Assembly: GCA_021796545.1 (NCBI GenBank)
Contig: JAKABX010000001.1
Location: forward strand, 3,977-67,976
DNA: 64,000 nt
Reading direction: 5' to 3'
Source of the DNA: Actinomycetes bacterium
GTDB lineage: Bacteria; Actinomycetota; Acidimicrobiia; Acidimicrobiales; Bog-793
The notes below the pieces were generated by a model. That model worked only from the letters and a program-made list of their open reading frames with translations. It was not told the origin of the DNA and ran no database searches. Each line of letters opens with the position of its first letter. Positions within the stretch are counted from its first letter, which is position 1. The position numbers and the translations under genes are program-made. This document shows, in pieces, positions 46,405-54,641 of this stretch.

Positions 46405-47691
46405 TCAGTCGATGCGCTCGAGCACCAGGGGCGCGGCCTGCGGTGGCGCGTCGGTGATCTCGATCGCCCCCTCGAGCGCCGCGAGGGCACGGGGAAGGCG
46501 GGTCACGTCCTCGGTGTGCAGCTCGAGGACGACGTCGCCGGCGGCCACGGCCTCACCGGGCTTGCGCAGGCAGACCACGCCCGCTGGGGCCGAGACCGGA
46601 TCCTCCTTGCGGGCCCGGCCCGCCCCGAGGCGCCACGCCGCGACGCCGACGCCGCGAGCATCGAGGCGCGCGAGCACCCCCGAGCGTCCGGCCCGCACGG
46701 GTGCGACGTGCGGGGCCCGCGCGAGCGGTGCGTCCGGGTCACCACCCTGTGCGGCGATCATCTCCCGCCACCGGGCGAGGGCCGAGCCGTCCTCGAGCGC
46801 CCGTGCGGGGTCGGCCGACAGCCCGGCGAGGGCGCACATCTCGCGGGAGAGCGCGAGCGTCACCTCGACGAGGTCGGCGGGTCCCCGTCCCGACAGCGTC
46901 TCGACGGCCTCCGCGACCTCGAGTGCGTTGCCCACCGCGCGCCCGAGCGGGGCGTCCATGGCGGTGACGAGCGCGGAGACCGACAGCCCGTGCGCGCGGC
47001 CGAGTCCCACCATCGTGCGGGCGAGCGCGACGGCGTCGTCGCGGGCCGCCATGAACGCGCCCGTTCCCGTCTTCACGTCGAGGACCAGCGCGTCGGTCCC
47101 CTCGGCGATCTTCTTCGCCATGATCGAGCCCGCGATGAGCGGGATCGACTCGACCGTGCCGGTCACGTCGCGCAGCGCGTAGAGCTTGCGGTCGGCCGGC
47201 GCGAGCCCCGCGCCGGCGGCACAGATCACGGCGCCGACCGAGGCGAGCTGGGCGCGGATCTCGTCGTTGGTGAGGTTCGCCCGCCACCCCGGAATCGACT
47301 CGAGCTTGTCGAGCGTCCCGCCGGTGTGGCCGAGCCCGCGCCCGCTCAACTGGGGAACGGCCGCGCCGCACGCGGCGAGGAGGGGGACGAGGACGAGAGA
47401 GACCTTGTCCCCGACGCCGCCCGTCGAGTGCTTGTCCACGGTCGGGCGTCCCAGCCCACCGAGATCGAGACGCTCCCCTGAGGCGACGATCGCGCGCGTC
47501 CAGGCTTCGAGCTCCCGGTGGCACAGGCCCCGCCACACGATCGCCATCAGCAGCGCCGCGACCTGCTCGTCGGCAACGGCGCCGGCGAGGTAGCCCTCGA
47601 TGAGCCAGGAGATCGCCTGGTCGGAGAGCTCACCCCCGTCGCGCTTTCGGCAGATGAGCTCGACGGCGTCGAAGGGCGCCGCCGGGCTCAC
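46405..47691 (-). CDS. deoA: thymidine/pyrimidine-nucleoside phosphorylase
   Basis: GTG 47691 (GTGA overlap with the cdd stop). ICRKRDGGELSD, VDKHSTGGVGDKVSL and SGRGLGHTGGTLDKLESIPG. The 400-codon upstream extension in the track is an artefact. Confidence 0.92.
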   Translation of the reverse strand: MSPAAPFDAVELICRKRDGGELSDQAISWLIEGYLAGAVADEQVAALLMAIVWRGLCHRELEAWTRAIVASGERLDLGGLGRPTVDKHSTGGVGDKVSLVLVPLLAACGAAVPQLSGRGLGHTGGTLDKLESIPGWRANLTNDEIRAQLASVGAVICAAGAGLAPADRKLYALRDVTGTVESIPLIAGSIMAKKIAEGTDALVLDVKTGTGAFMAARDDAVALARTMVGLGRAHGLSVSALVTAMDAPLGRAVGNALEVAEAVETLSGRGPADLVEVTLALSREMCALAGLSADPARALEDGSALARWREMIAAQGGDPDAPLARAPHVAPVRAGRSGVLARLDARGVGVAAWRLGAGRARKEDPVSAPAGVVCLRKPGEAVAAGDVVLELHTEDVTRLPRALAALEGAIEITDAPPQAAPLVLERID

Positions 47692-48122
47692 GACGGTGAG
47701 CGCCGTGCGAAGTCCTCGGCGCCGAAGGCGAGCGGCAGGAGCTCCCCGAGTCGACGGGGCGGCAGCTGCGGCCCGGCGTCGACGAGCAGGTCGGGACCCC
47801 CGTGCTCGGCGAGCAGCTGGCGGCAGCGCCCGCAGGGTGACAGCGGTCGGCCGTCGCCGGCGGTCACGGCGACGGCGACGAGCCGGCCACCGCCCGAGGA
47901 CACCAGTGCGGAGACGAGCCCGCACTCCGCGCAGAGGCTGAGGCCGAAGGACGCGTTCTCGACGTTGCAGGCGCTCAGCAACTCGCCGCGCTCGGTGAGA
48001 CCGGCGGCCCCGACCCGCAGGCCCGAATAGGGCGCGTACGCGCGCGCCGCGATCGCGTCGGCCGCCGCGCGCAGCACGTCCCAGTCGACACCGGCCGCCT
48101 CGCTCGGGATGCCGCCACGCAC
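47688..48122 (-). CDS. cdd: cytidine deaminase
   Basis: 144 aa. AYAPYSGLRVGAA, CAECG and PCGRCRQ zinc ligand motifs. Confidence 0.93.
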   Translation of the reverse strand: MRGGIPSEAAGVDWDVLRAAADAIAARAYAPYSGLRVGAAGLTERGELLSACNVENASFGLSLCAECGLVSALVSSGGGRLVAVAVTAGDGRPLSPCGRCRQLLAEHGGPDLLVDAGPQLPPRRLGELLPLAFGAEDFARRSPS

Positions 48123-48198
48123 GGGCGCACACTACACTTTCTGGTCCGTGCTTCCCCCCGGCGCCCTCGCCGCGCGCACGCCCAACGCCGCGCGAATC

Positions 48199-49092
48199 GT
48201 GGCCGTCGGGGACGTGATGGCCGACGTCGTCGTCCGCCTCGCGGCCCCGGTCGCGCCGGCGAGCGACACGCCGGCCGCGATCTCGCTCTTTCCGGGGGGT
48301 TCGGCGGCGAACACGGCGGTCTGGCTGGCGGCCGCCGGCGCCGAGGTCACCCTCGTGGCCGCCGTCGGTAACGACCTCCTCGGCGACGCCGCAACGCGGG
48401 CCCTGAGCGGCGGCGGCGTCACCCCCCACCTCAGCCGGGTGCCCGGCGTGTCCACCGGTGTGGTCGTCGCCATCGTGACGCGCTCGGGCGAGCGCTCGAT
48501 GCTCACCGACCGCGGCGCGAACCGCCTGCTCAGCCCCGACCATCTCCCCGTGGCGCTCTTCGCGCCGGGCGCGCACCTGCATCTGTCCGCGTACGTGATC
48601 TATGACGAGAGGACCCGCCCGACCGCCGAACGCGCGCTCGCACTCGCCGCAGCAGCGGAGATGACCGTCTCCCTCGACCCCTGTTCGGCTTCCCCTCTCG
48701 CCGCCTTCGGCGCCGCCGCCTTTTGCGCCGCGACCCGCACGGCGACCTGGTGCTGCGCGAACAGCGACGAGGCCGCCGTGCTCACGGCCCAAAGTGACCC
48801 GGCCGCGGCCGCCGCAGCGCTCAGCGAGGTCTACCCCGAGGTGACGGTCAGCGCGGGCGCCGACGGCGTCTATGTCGCAACCACCGGGCGCGTGCGGCAC
48901 GTCCCGGCCGCAACGACCGAGGTCGCCGACACCACCGGGGCCGGCGACGCGTTCACGGGCACGTACCTCGCGCGCCGGCTCGCGGGCGAGGGGCCGGAGG
49001 ACGCAGCGGCCGCCGCAGTCGCCGTCGCCGCCCGGGTCGTCGCGGCGCCCGGGGCCCGCCCGCCGGGCGCGCTCGCCTACTCCAGACTGTAG
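48199..49092 (+). CDS. PfkB-family ribokinase-like sugar/nucleoside kinase
   Basis: GTG 48199 gives VAVGDVMADVVV, then FPGGSAANTAVW and DTTGAGDAFTGTYLA. The track start 48109 would overlap the divergent cdd start. The 3' end overlaps the convergent permease by 16 nt. Confidence 0.8.
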   Translation: MAVGDVMADVVVRLAAPVAPASDTPAAISLFPGGSAANTAVWLAAAGAEVTLVAAVGNDLLGDAATRALSGGGVTPHLSRVPGVSTGVVVAIVTRSGERSMLTDRGANRLLSPDHLPVALFAPGAHLHLSAYVIYDERTRPTAERALALAAAAEMTVSLDPCSASPLAAFGAAAFCAATRTATWCCANSDEAAVLTAQSDPAAAAAALSEVYPEVTVSAGADGVYVATTGRVRHVPAATTEVADTTGAGDAFTGTYLARRLAGEGPEDAAAAAVAVAARVVAAPGARPPGALAYSRL

Positions 49093-50369
49093 GGGACTCC
49101 GTCGGCGGCCGGCGGCCTGACCCGGCCGACGAGTCCGGAGACGACCGCGATCGTGATCACGTACGGCGCCATCGACAGGAACGGCGAGGGGATGCCGACG
49201 CTCAACACCGCGAGGAAGCTCTGGAGCGAGACCGCGAAGCCGAAGAGCAGCGCGGCACCAAGCGCCCCGAAGGGCCGCCAGCGCCCGAAGATCATCGCGG
49301 CGAGCGCCACGTAGCCGAGGCCGGCGGTCATCTGGGCGGAGAACTCGCCGATCGAGCCGATCGTGAACGACGCCCCGCCGATGCCGGCGACCACGCCGCC
49401 CAGGATGACGTTGCGGTAGCGCACCGAAAGCACGTGGATCCCGACGCTCTGCGCGGCGCGGGGGTGCTCACCCACCGCGCGCACACGCAGCCCCCAGCGC
49501 GTGTGGAACAGCGTCACGTGCACGAGTACGAGGAGCGCGAAGGCGCCGTAGAAAAAGACGTTCTGGTCGAAAAGCACCGGTCCGGCGATGGGGATCTTGT
49601 CGAGCAGGGGGACCGCGAACGGCGAGAAGGTCGAGGGGCTGTTCAGGGTCGTCTGGTCCGGGGTGAGGACCTGGGCCGTGAGGAAGTTCGTCAGTCCCGT
49701 GCAGAAAGCGACGATGACGACCCCGACGATGATCTGGTCCGCCCCGTAGCGGAGCGCCAAGAAGGCGAGGAGCGCCCCGAAGAGCGCGCCGGCGACCGCC
49801 CCGGAGACGACGCCCAACCAGAGGTTCCCCGTGGCGCTGCCGATCATGGCGCCGAGGAACGCACCGGCGAGGAACTGGCCCTCGATCGCGATGTTCACGA
49901 CGCCCGAGCGCTCACAGAGGATCCCCGACAGCGAGCCGTAGACGAGCGGCGTCGCGGCGACCATGGTCTCCGCGAGCATCTGGACGAAGTTGAGCGTGTT
50001 GCCCCGCGCCGCCCAGGCGAGGAACGCCCAGAGGAACGCGCAGAACCCGGCGCTGAAGATGAGGTAGCTCCCCTGTGTCCGGAGCCGTACGAGAAGCACG
50101 ATGCCGAGGCCGCCACAGACGAGCGCGCAGGCGATCGCGACCGGGCGGACCGACATCACCAGTGGCGAGAGGTCGATCGAGGGGGGCGTCGAGAGCAAGA
50201 AGGTCGCCCGTGCGCCGCCCGTGACGCCGAGAGCGAAGGCCATAAGGGTGACGACCCCGAGGAGGACGAGGAACACCCCCATCCCGCGGACCCGCCCGAG
50301 CGAGACCAGGCGCGCGTCCACCGCGGCTGCCTCAGCTGCGTCGCTCAGCGCGCGCTCGCCCGCGCTCAT
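49077..50369 (-). CDS. ABC transporter permease (BMP/nucleoside-type, YufQ/NupC-like)
   Basis: ATG 50369 (ATGA overlap with the upstream permease stop). ~10 TM. SGVVNIAIEGQFLAGAF is typical of the BPD_transp_2 family. Confidence 0.85.
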   Translation of the reverse strand: MSAGERALSDAAEAAAVDARLVSLGRVRGMGVFLVLLGVVTLMAFALGVTGGARATFLLSTPPSIDLSPLVMSVRPVAIACALVCGGLGIVLLVRLRTQGSYLIFSAGFCAFLWAFLAWAARGNTLNFVQMLAETMVAATPLVYGSLSGILCERSGVVNIAIEGQFLAGAFLGAMIGSATGNLWLGVVSGAVAGALFGALLAFLALRYGADQIIVGVVIVAFCTGLTNFLTAQVLTPDQTTLNSPSTFSPFAVPLLDKIPIAGPVLFDQNVFFYGAFALLVLVHVTLFHTRWGLRVRAVGEHPRAAQSVGIHVLSVRYRNVILGGVVAGIGGASFTIGSIGEFSAQMTAGLGYVALAAMIFGRWRPFGALGAALLFGFAVSLQSFLAVLSVGIPSPFLSMAPYVITIAVVSGLVGRVRPPAADGVPYSLE

Positions 50370-51628
50370 CCACCCCATCCCTTGGTGAACAGCAGGATCT
50401 TCCCCGCCCCCGCCTCCCGCAGACGGAAGATCTCGCGCACGAGGGCGGGGGTGGCGACCATGAAGACGATGACGGCCTGGATCACCGTCGTCAGGTCGAT
50501 CGGGATCGAGGCGACCGCCTGCATGTACCGTCCCCCGGTCGACAGGGCCGCGAAGAGCAGCGACCCGAGGACGACCCCGAGGGGGCGGTTGCGCCCGAGC
50601 AGCGCGACGGTGATCGCATTGAAGCCGACCGCGCCGCCGTATCCGCTCGAGAGGAAGAAGTCGGTCCCCGAGACGGTCGACATGCCGGCCAGGCCGACGA
50701 GCGCCCCGGAGATCGTGAGCACCGCGATCGTCGCCCGCCGGGCGTCCATGCCCGCCGTCCGGCCGGCGGAGGGGTTGGCGCCGATCACGGTGAACTCGAA
50801 GCCGAGGGTGGACTTGCGCATGAACCACGAGGCCGCCGCCGCGACCGCGAGCGCGATGAGCAGTCCGAGGTTCACTCGCAGCGTCGAGCCGAACAGGTGC
50901 GGCAGGCGGGCGGTCATCGGGATCGTCTGCGAGATCGAGTTCGACTGGCCCGGCTGCTGGAGCGGATGGGTCGTGAGCAGGTACGCGAGCAGGTCGAGGA
51001 AGATGTAGTTGAGCATGATCGTGACGATCACCTCGTGCGCCCCCGTGCGCGCCTTGAGGATCCCCGGGATGAAGCCGGCAAGGGCGCCGCCGGCCGCCCC
51101 GGCGAGCACGACGAGCACGAGGTGGGGGACGAGCGGGAGGCTGACCCCGAAGCCGACGTAGGTGGCCGCCAGCGCGCCCGCGATGAGCTGGCCCTGTCCC
51201 CCGATGTTGAAGACGCCGGTCGAAAAGCCGATCGCGACGCCGGTTCCGGCAAGGATCAGCGGGGTCGCGGAGACGAGCGTCTCCGAGATCGGCGTAAAGA
51301 CCCCCGTCCATCCGCGGCCTGTCGTGAGCGCGTGGCCGAGTGCGGAGGGGCTGATCACCGAACCGGCGAAGAGCGCGCCGTAGGCGTTGCCGACGGTCGA
51401 GAAGCTGGTCGCGAAGGCGGCGCCCGGCGCGCGGCCGACAGCACCCCAGGCATGCAGGGTCGCCGGCGTCGTCACGATGATGAGCAGGGCACCGACCACG
51501 AGGCCGCCGACCACCGCGAGCAGCGTGACCACCGCGACGTTCGCCTCGGTGACGAAGGCGAGCACGCGGCGCCACCACGGCGTGCCCGGCGGCGACGGGG
51601 AGGCGAGGGCGCTCTCGGCCGCGCTCAC
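50366..51628 (-). CDS. ABC transporter permease (BMP/nucleoside-type, YufP/NupB-like)
   Basis: 420 aa. TGVFNIGGQGQLIAGAL. GTGA overlap with the ATPase stop. Confidence 0.85.
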   Translation of the reverse strand: MSAAESALASPSPPGTPWWRRVLAFVTEANVAVVTLLAVVGGLVVGALLIIVTTPATLHAWGAVGRAPGAAFATSFSTVGNAYGALFAGSVISPSALGHALTTGRGWTGVFTPISETLVSATPLILAGTGVAIGFSTGVFNIGGQGQLIAGALAATYVGFGVSLPLVPHLVLVVLAGAAGGALAGFIPGILKARTGAHEVIVTIMLNYIFLDLLAYLLTTHPLQQPGQSNSISQTIPMTARLPHLFGSTLRVNLGLLIALAVAAAASWFMRKSTLGFEFTVIGANPSAGRTAGMDARRATIAVLTISGALVGLAGMSTVSGTDFFLSSGYGGAVGFNAITVALLGRNRPLGVVLGSLLFAALSTGGRYMQAVASIPIDLTTVIQAVIVFMVATPALVREIFRLREAGAGKILLFTKGWGG

Positions 51629-53166
51629 GGCGACTCGCCCTTCGCCCCCCCGGGCGGCGGTGCAACCGCGTCGATGCCGGCCATGAGAAGGCCGATCCGG
51701 TCGCGCCCGACGCTCGGGTCGACGACGCCGGCGATCCTCCCGCGGTACATCACCGCGACGCGGTCGCCGAGGGCGAGGACCTCATCGAGCTCGGAGGAGA
51801 CCAGCAAAACGGCCGCGCCCCGGTCGCGCTCGGCGACGATGCGGCGGTGGACGTACTCGATCGAACCGACGTCGAGGCCGCGGGTCGGCTGGGAGCAGAC
51901 GAGGAGCTTGACGGGCCGGGAGAGCTCGCGCGCGACGACGACCTTCTGTTGGTTGCCACCCGAGAGCGTGCCGACGGCGACGGCGGCCGAGGGCGCGCGG
52001 ATGTCGAACTCGGCGAGCTTGCGCTCGCCGTCGGCCCGCACCCTCGCCAGGCGGCGCGCGCCGTGGCGCGCGTAGGGCGCCCGGTCGTACTGGTTGAGGA
52101 CGAGGTTGTCAGCGATCGAGAGGCTGAGCACGAGCCCGTCGCTCTGGCGGTCCTCGGGGACGTTGGCGACGCCCGCCTCGATCGCGCGGCGCGGTGTCGC
52201 GTGCGAAAGGTCGCGCCCGCCGACGCGGATCGTCCCCGCCGCGACGGCGCGCATGCCCGTCACCGCCTCGGCAAGCTCCGTCTGGCCGTTGCCCTGAACG
52301 CCCGCGACGGCCACGATCTCGCCGGCGCGCACGTCGAGGCTCACGTCGTCGACGACCGTGACCCCGCGGTCGTCGACGACGCGTAGGCCGGCAATTTCGA
52401 GCACCGCCTCTCCGGGTCGCGCCGGCTCCTTGTGCACGACCAGCTCGACCGAGCGGCCGACCATCATCGCGGCGAGCTGGTCCTCGTCGGTCTCGGCGGG
52501 CGTGGTGTGGCCGACGACCCGGCCCAGGCGGACCACCGTGATCCGGTCGGCGACCGCGAGCACCTCTTTCAGCTTGTGGGTGATGAACAAGATGGATCGG
52601 CCCGCGGCCACGAGCGAGCGCATGATGGTGAAGAGCGCCTCGGTCTCCTGCGGCGTGAGGACCGCGGTCGGCTCATCGAGGATCAGCACCTTGGCGTCAC
52701 GGATGAGGGCCTTCAGGATCTCGACTCGTTGCTGCGCGCCGACGGGGAGATGCTCAACCAGTGCGTCGGGATCGACGGCGAGGCCGAACTCGGCCGAGAG
52801 CCGACGGATTTCGGCCCGCGCGCGGCGCCGGTCGAGGAAGCCGAGACGGCGCACGGGCTCAAAGCCGAGCACGACGTTCTCCGCGACGCTGAAGACCGGG
52901 ACGAGCATGAAGTGCTGGTGCACCATGCCGATGCCGCGGCGCACGGCGTCCCCCGGGTCCGAGAAGCGCACCGGCTCACCGTCGATGCGGATCTCGCCTC
53001 CGTCGGCATGCAACAGACCGAACAGGACGTTCATGAGCGTCGTCTTGCCGGCGCCGTTCTCGCCGAGCAGGCAGTGGATCTCGCCCTCCTCGACGCTGAG
53101 GTCGATCCCGTCGTTGGCCACCAGGTCGCCGAAGCGCTTGGTGATGCCGGCGAGCTCGAGTCTCAT
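51625..53166 (-). CDS. ABC transporter ATP-binding protein (tandem NBD, sugar/nucleoside type)
   Basis: ATG 53166 gives MRLELAGITKRFG. Walker A GENGAGKTT, LSGGNQQKV and ILDEPT, plus a second NBD. 513 aa. Confidence 0.9.
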   Translation of the reverse strand: MRLELAGITKRFGDLVANDGIDLSVEEGEIHCLLGENGAGKTTLMNVLFGLLHADGGEIRIDGEPVRFSDPGDAVRRGIGMVHQHFMLVPVFSVAENVVLGFEPVRRLGFLDRRRARAEIRRLSAEFGLAVDPDALVEHLPVGAQQRVEILKALIRDAKVLILDEPTAVLTPQETEALFTIMRSLVAAGRSILFITHKLKEVLAVADRITVVRLGRVVGHTTPAETDEDQLAAMMVGRSVELVVHKEPARPGEAVLEIAGLRVVDDRGVTVVDDVSLDVRAGEIVAVAGVQGNGQTELAEAVTGMRAVAAGTIRVGGRDLSHATPRRAIEAGVANVPEDRQSDGLVLSLSIADNLVLNQYDRAPYARHGARRLARVRADGERKLAEFDIRAPSAAVAVGTLSGGNQQKVVVARELSRPVKLLVCSQPTRGLDVGSIEYVHRRIVAERDRGAAVLLVSSELDEVLALGDRVAVMYRGRIAGVVDPSVGRDRIGLLMAGIDAVAPPPGGAKGESP

Positions 53167-53267
53167 CGGGCGCAATCGTCGCGTACCCGCGTGGCGCGTG
53201 CGCGCCATGCGCGCGGCGCCCCGCCCCCGGCTCCCCCGCGGGGTCCGGAGCGGGGCGCCGGAGCGCG

Positions 53268-54455
53268 TCAGCTCGCGGGGTAGGAGTTCGGGTCGATCGA
53301 GATCTTGCCCGCCTCGATCTCCGCCTTGAGCTTGTTGAGCATCGCCTTCACCTTGGCGGGAACCTTGTTCGCGAACTGGTGGAAGGGCGCGAGCGCTACG
53401 CCGCCGTTGGCGAGGGTGCCGTTGTAGTTCCCGCCGTGGAAGGTCCCCCGCGCCGCGGCCTCCACCGCGGCGGACACCGACGCGGCGATGCCCTTGGTGA
53501 CGCTCGAGATGAACAGCGAGCAGTACTGCGGCGCGGAGACGCAGCCGTCGGTGTCGACCCACAGCATGTAGTGACCCGGCCCGGCCTGCTTCACCGCCGC
53601 GGCGGCACCGAGGCCGACCGCCCCGGCGACGGGAAAGATGATGTCCGCACCCTGGGCGATGAGGGTCTGGGTTGTCGTCTTGCCGAGTGCCTGGTTGGTG
53701 AAGTCGTTGGTGAAGGTGCCGTTGCCGGCGAAGGCACCCGAGGCGAAGTTCCGCTTCTTCGCGGGTGTCCAGCCCAGAGCCACGACGTGCGCGTGGTTGA
53801 CCTTGTCGTAGTAGCGCACCCCGGCGACGAAACCGTCCATGTAGATCGTGACCGGCGGGATGTCCTGACCGCCGAAGGTCCCGACCTTGCCGGTCTTGGA
53901 CATCGCGGCGGCGAGGTAGCCGCCGAGGAAGGCGTCCTGGTTCGTGTGGTACACGAGGCCGAGCACGTTCTTCATCGCCGGCGTGTAGGAGAAGTCCACG
54001 ATCGCGAACTTCTGATTGGGGTTCTTCTTCGCCGCGCTCTGGGTCGCCTGGGCCATGTCGAAGCCGACCGTGATGATGATCCCGCACTTCTCACCGATGA
54101 AGGTGCTGATGTTCGGGGCGTAGTCGCTCGTCGAGTTCGACTGGAGGTACTTGTAGCTCAGCCCGGGAATCGCCTTGGCCGCGATCTTGAGGCCAAGGTA
54201 CGCCGAAGCGTTGAACGAGCGGTCGTTGATGCCCCCGGTGTCGGTCACCTCGCAGGCAAGGAAGTGCTTGGCCGCGTGCGGCACGGCGACGGCGGGCGCG
54301 CGGTGCGCGGCGACACGGGGGGCCGTGCTCGCGCCGGCCCCCGCCGCGAGACCACCGACGGCTGCCACCGTCGTCACGGCCGCGGCAGACGCCGCCGACA
54401 GACGTGTGGCGACAAAGCGGCGGTGTGGGTTCACGACCTGGCTTTTTCTGCGCAT
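53268..54455 (-). CDS. BMP-family (PnrA-like) ABC substrate-binding protein
   Basis: ATG 54455 is preceded by gagaggggaa. Signal/anchor region, then VTDTGGINDRSFNASAY, which is typical of basic-membrane-protein nucleoside binders. Confidence 0.85.
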   Translation of the reverse strand: MRRKSQVVNPHRRFVATRLSAASAAAVTTVAAVGGLAAGAGASTAPRVAAHRAPAVAVPHAAKHFLACEVTDTGGINDRSFNASAYLGLKIAAKAIPGLSYKYLQSNSTSDYAPNISTFIGEKCGIIITVGFDMAQATQSAAKKNPNQKFAIVDFSYTPAMKNVLGLVYHTNQDAFLGGYLAAAMSKTGKVGTFGGQDIPPVTIYMDGFVAGVRYYDKVNHAHVVALGWTPAKKRNFASGAFAGNGTFTNDFTNQALGKTTTQTLIAQGADIIFPVAGAVGLGAAAAVKQAGPGHYMLWVDTDGCVSAPQYCSLFISSVTKGIAASVSAAVEAAARGTFHGGNYNGTLANGGVALAPFHQFANKVPAKVKAMLNKLKAEIEAGKISIDPNSYPAS

Positions 54456-54641
54456 GGATTCCCCTCTCGTGACTTTGGCGGGCCCTCGCCCGCGGCCCTC
54501 GTCGACCTTGCGGTCGCCCCCCGGGGCGCGTTCGCACCGGACGGCCAACCCTACGTTCTTGTTGCAGACCCGTCACGCCCGGATTCCCTTCGGGCGCGCG
54601 ACCGATCGACGGCGCACGCCACGTTCGGTAGCGTTCCGCGC

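Noticed and set aside
46405-48900. An 831-aa ORF implying a giant thymidine phosphorylase. Similar upstream extensions occur for the ORFs at 49077..51665, 51625..54087, 20839..22845, 58582..60720 and 4394..5557.
   Set aside because: In each case the extension overlaps a neighbouring gene that has strong motifs in another frame. A GTG or ATG forming a 4-nt overlap with that neighbour's stop gives a protein of canonical length.
53379-54641. A 421-codon N-terminal extension of the pepN ORF (track ORF 53379..57302).
   Set aside because: The extension is antisense to the BMP-family binding protein and is Arg/Gly/Asp-rich. pepN has a sensible ATG at 54642 (MTEPIERP…), placing the M1 N-terminal domain at the usual distance.
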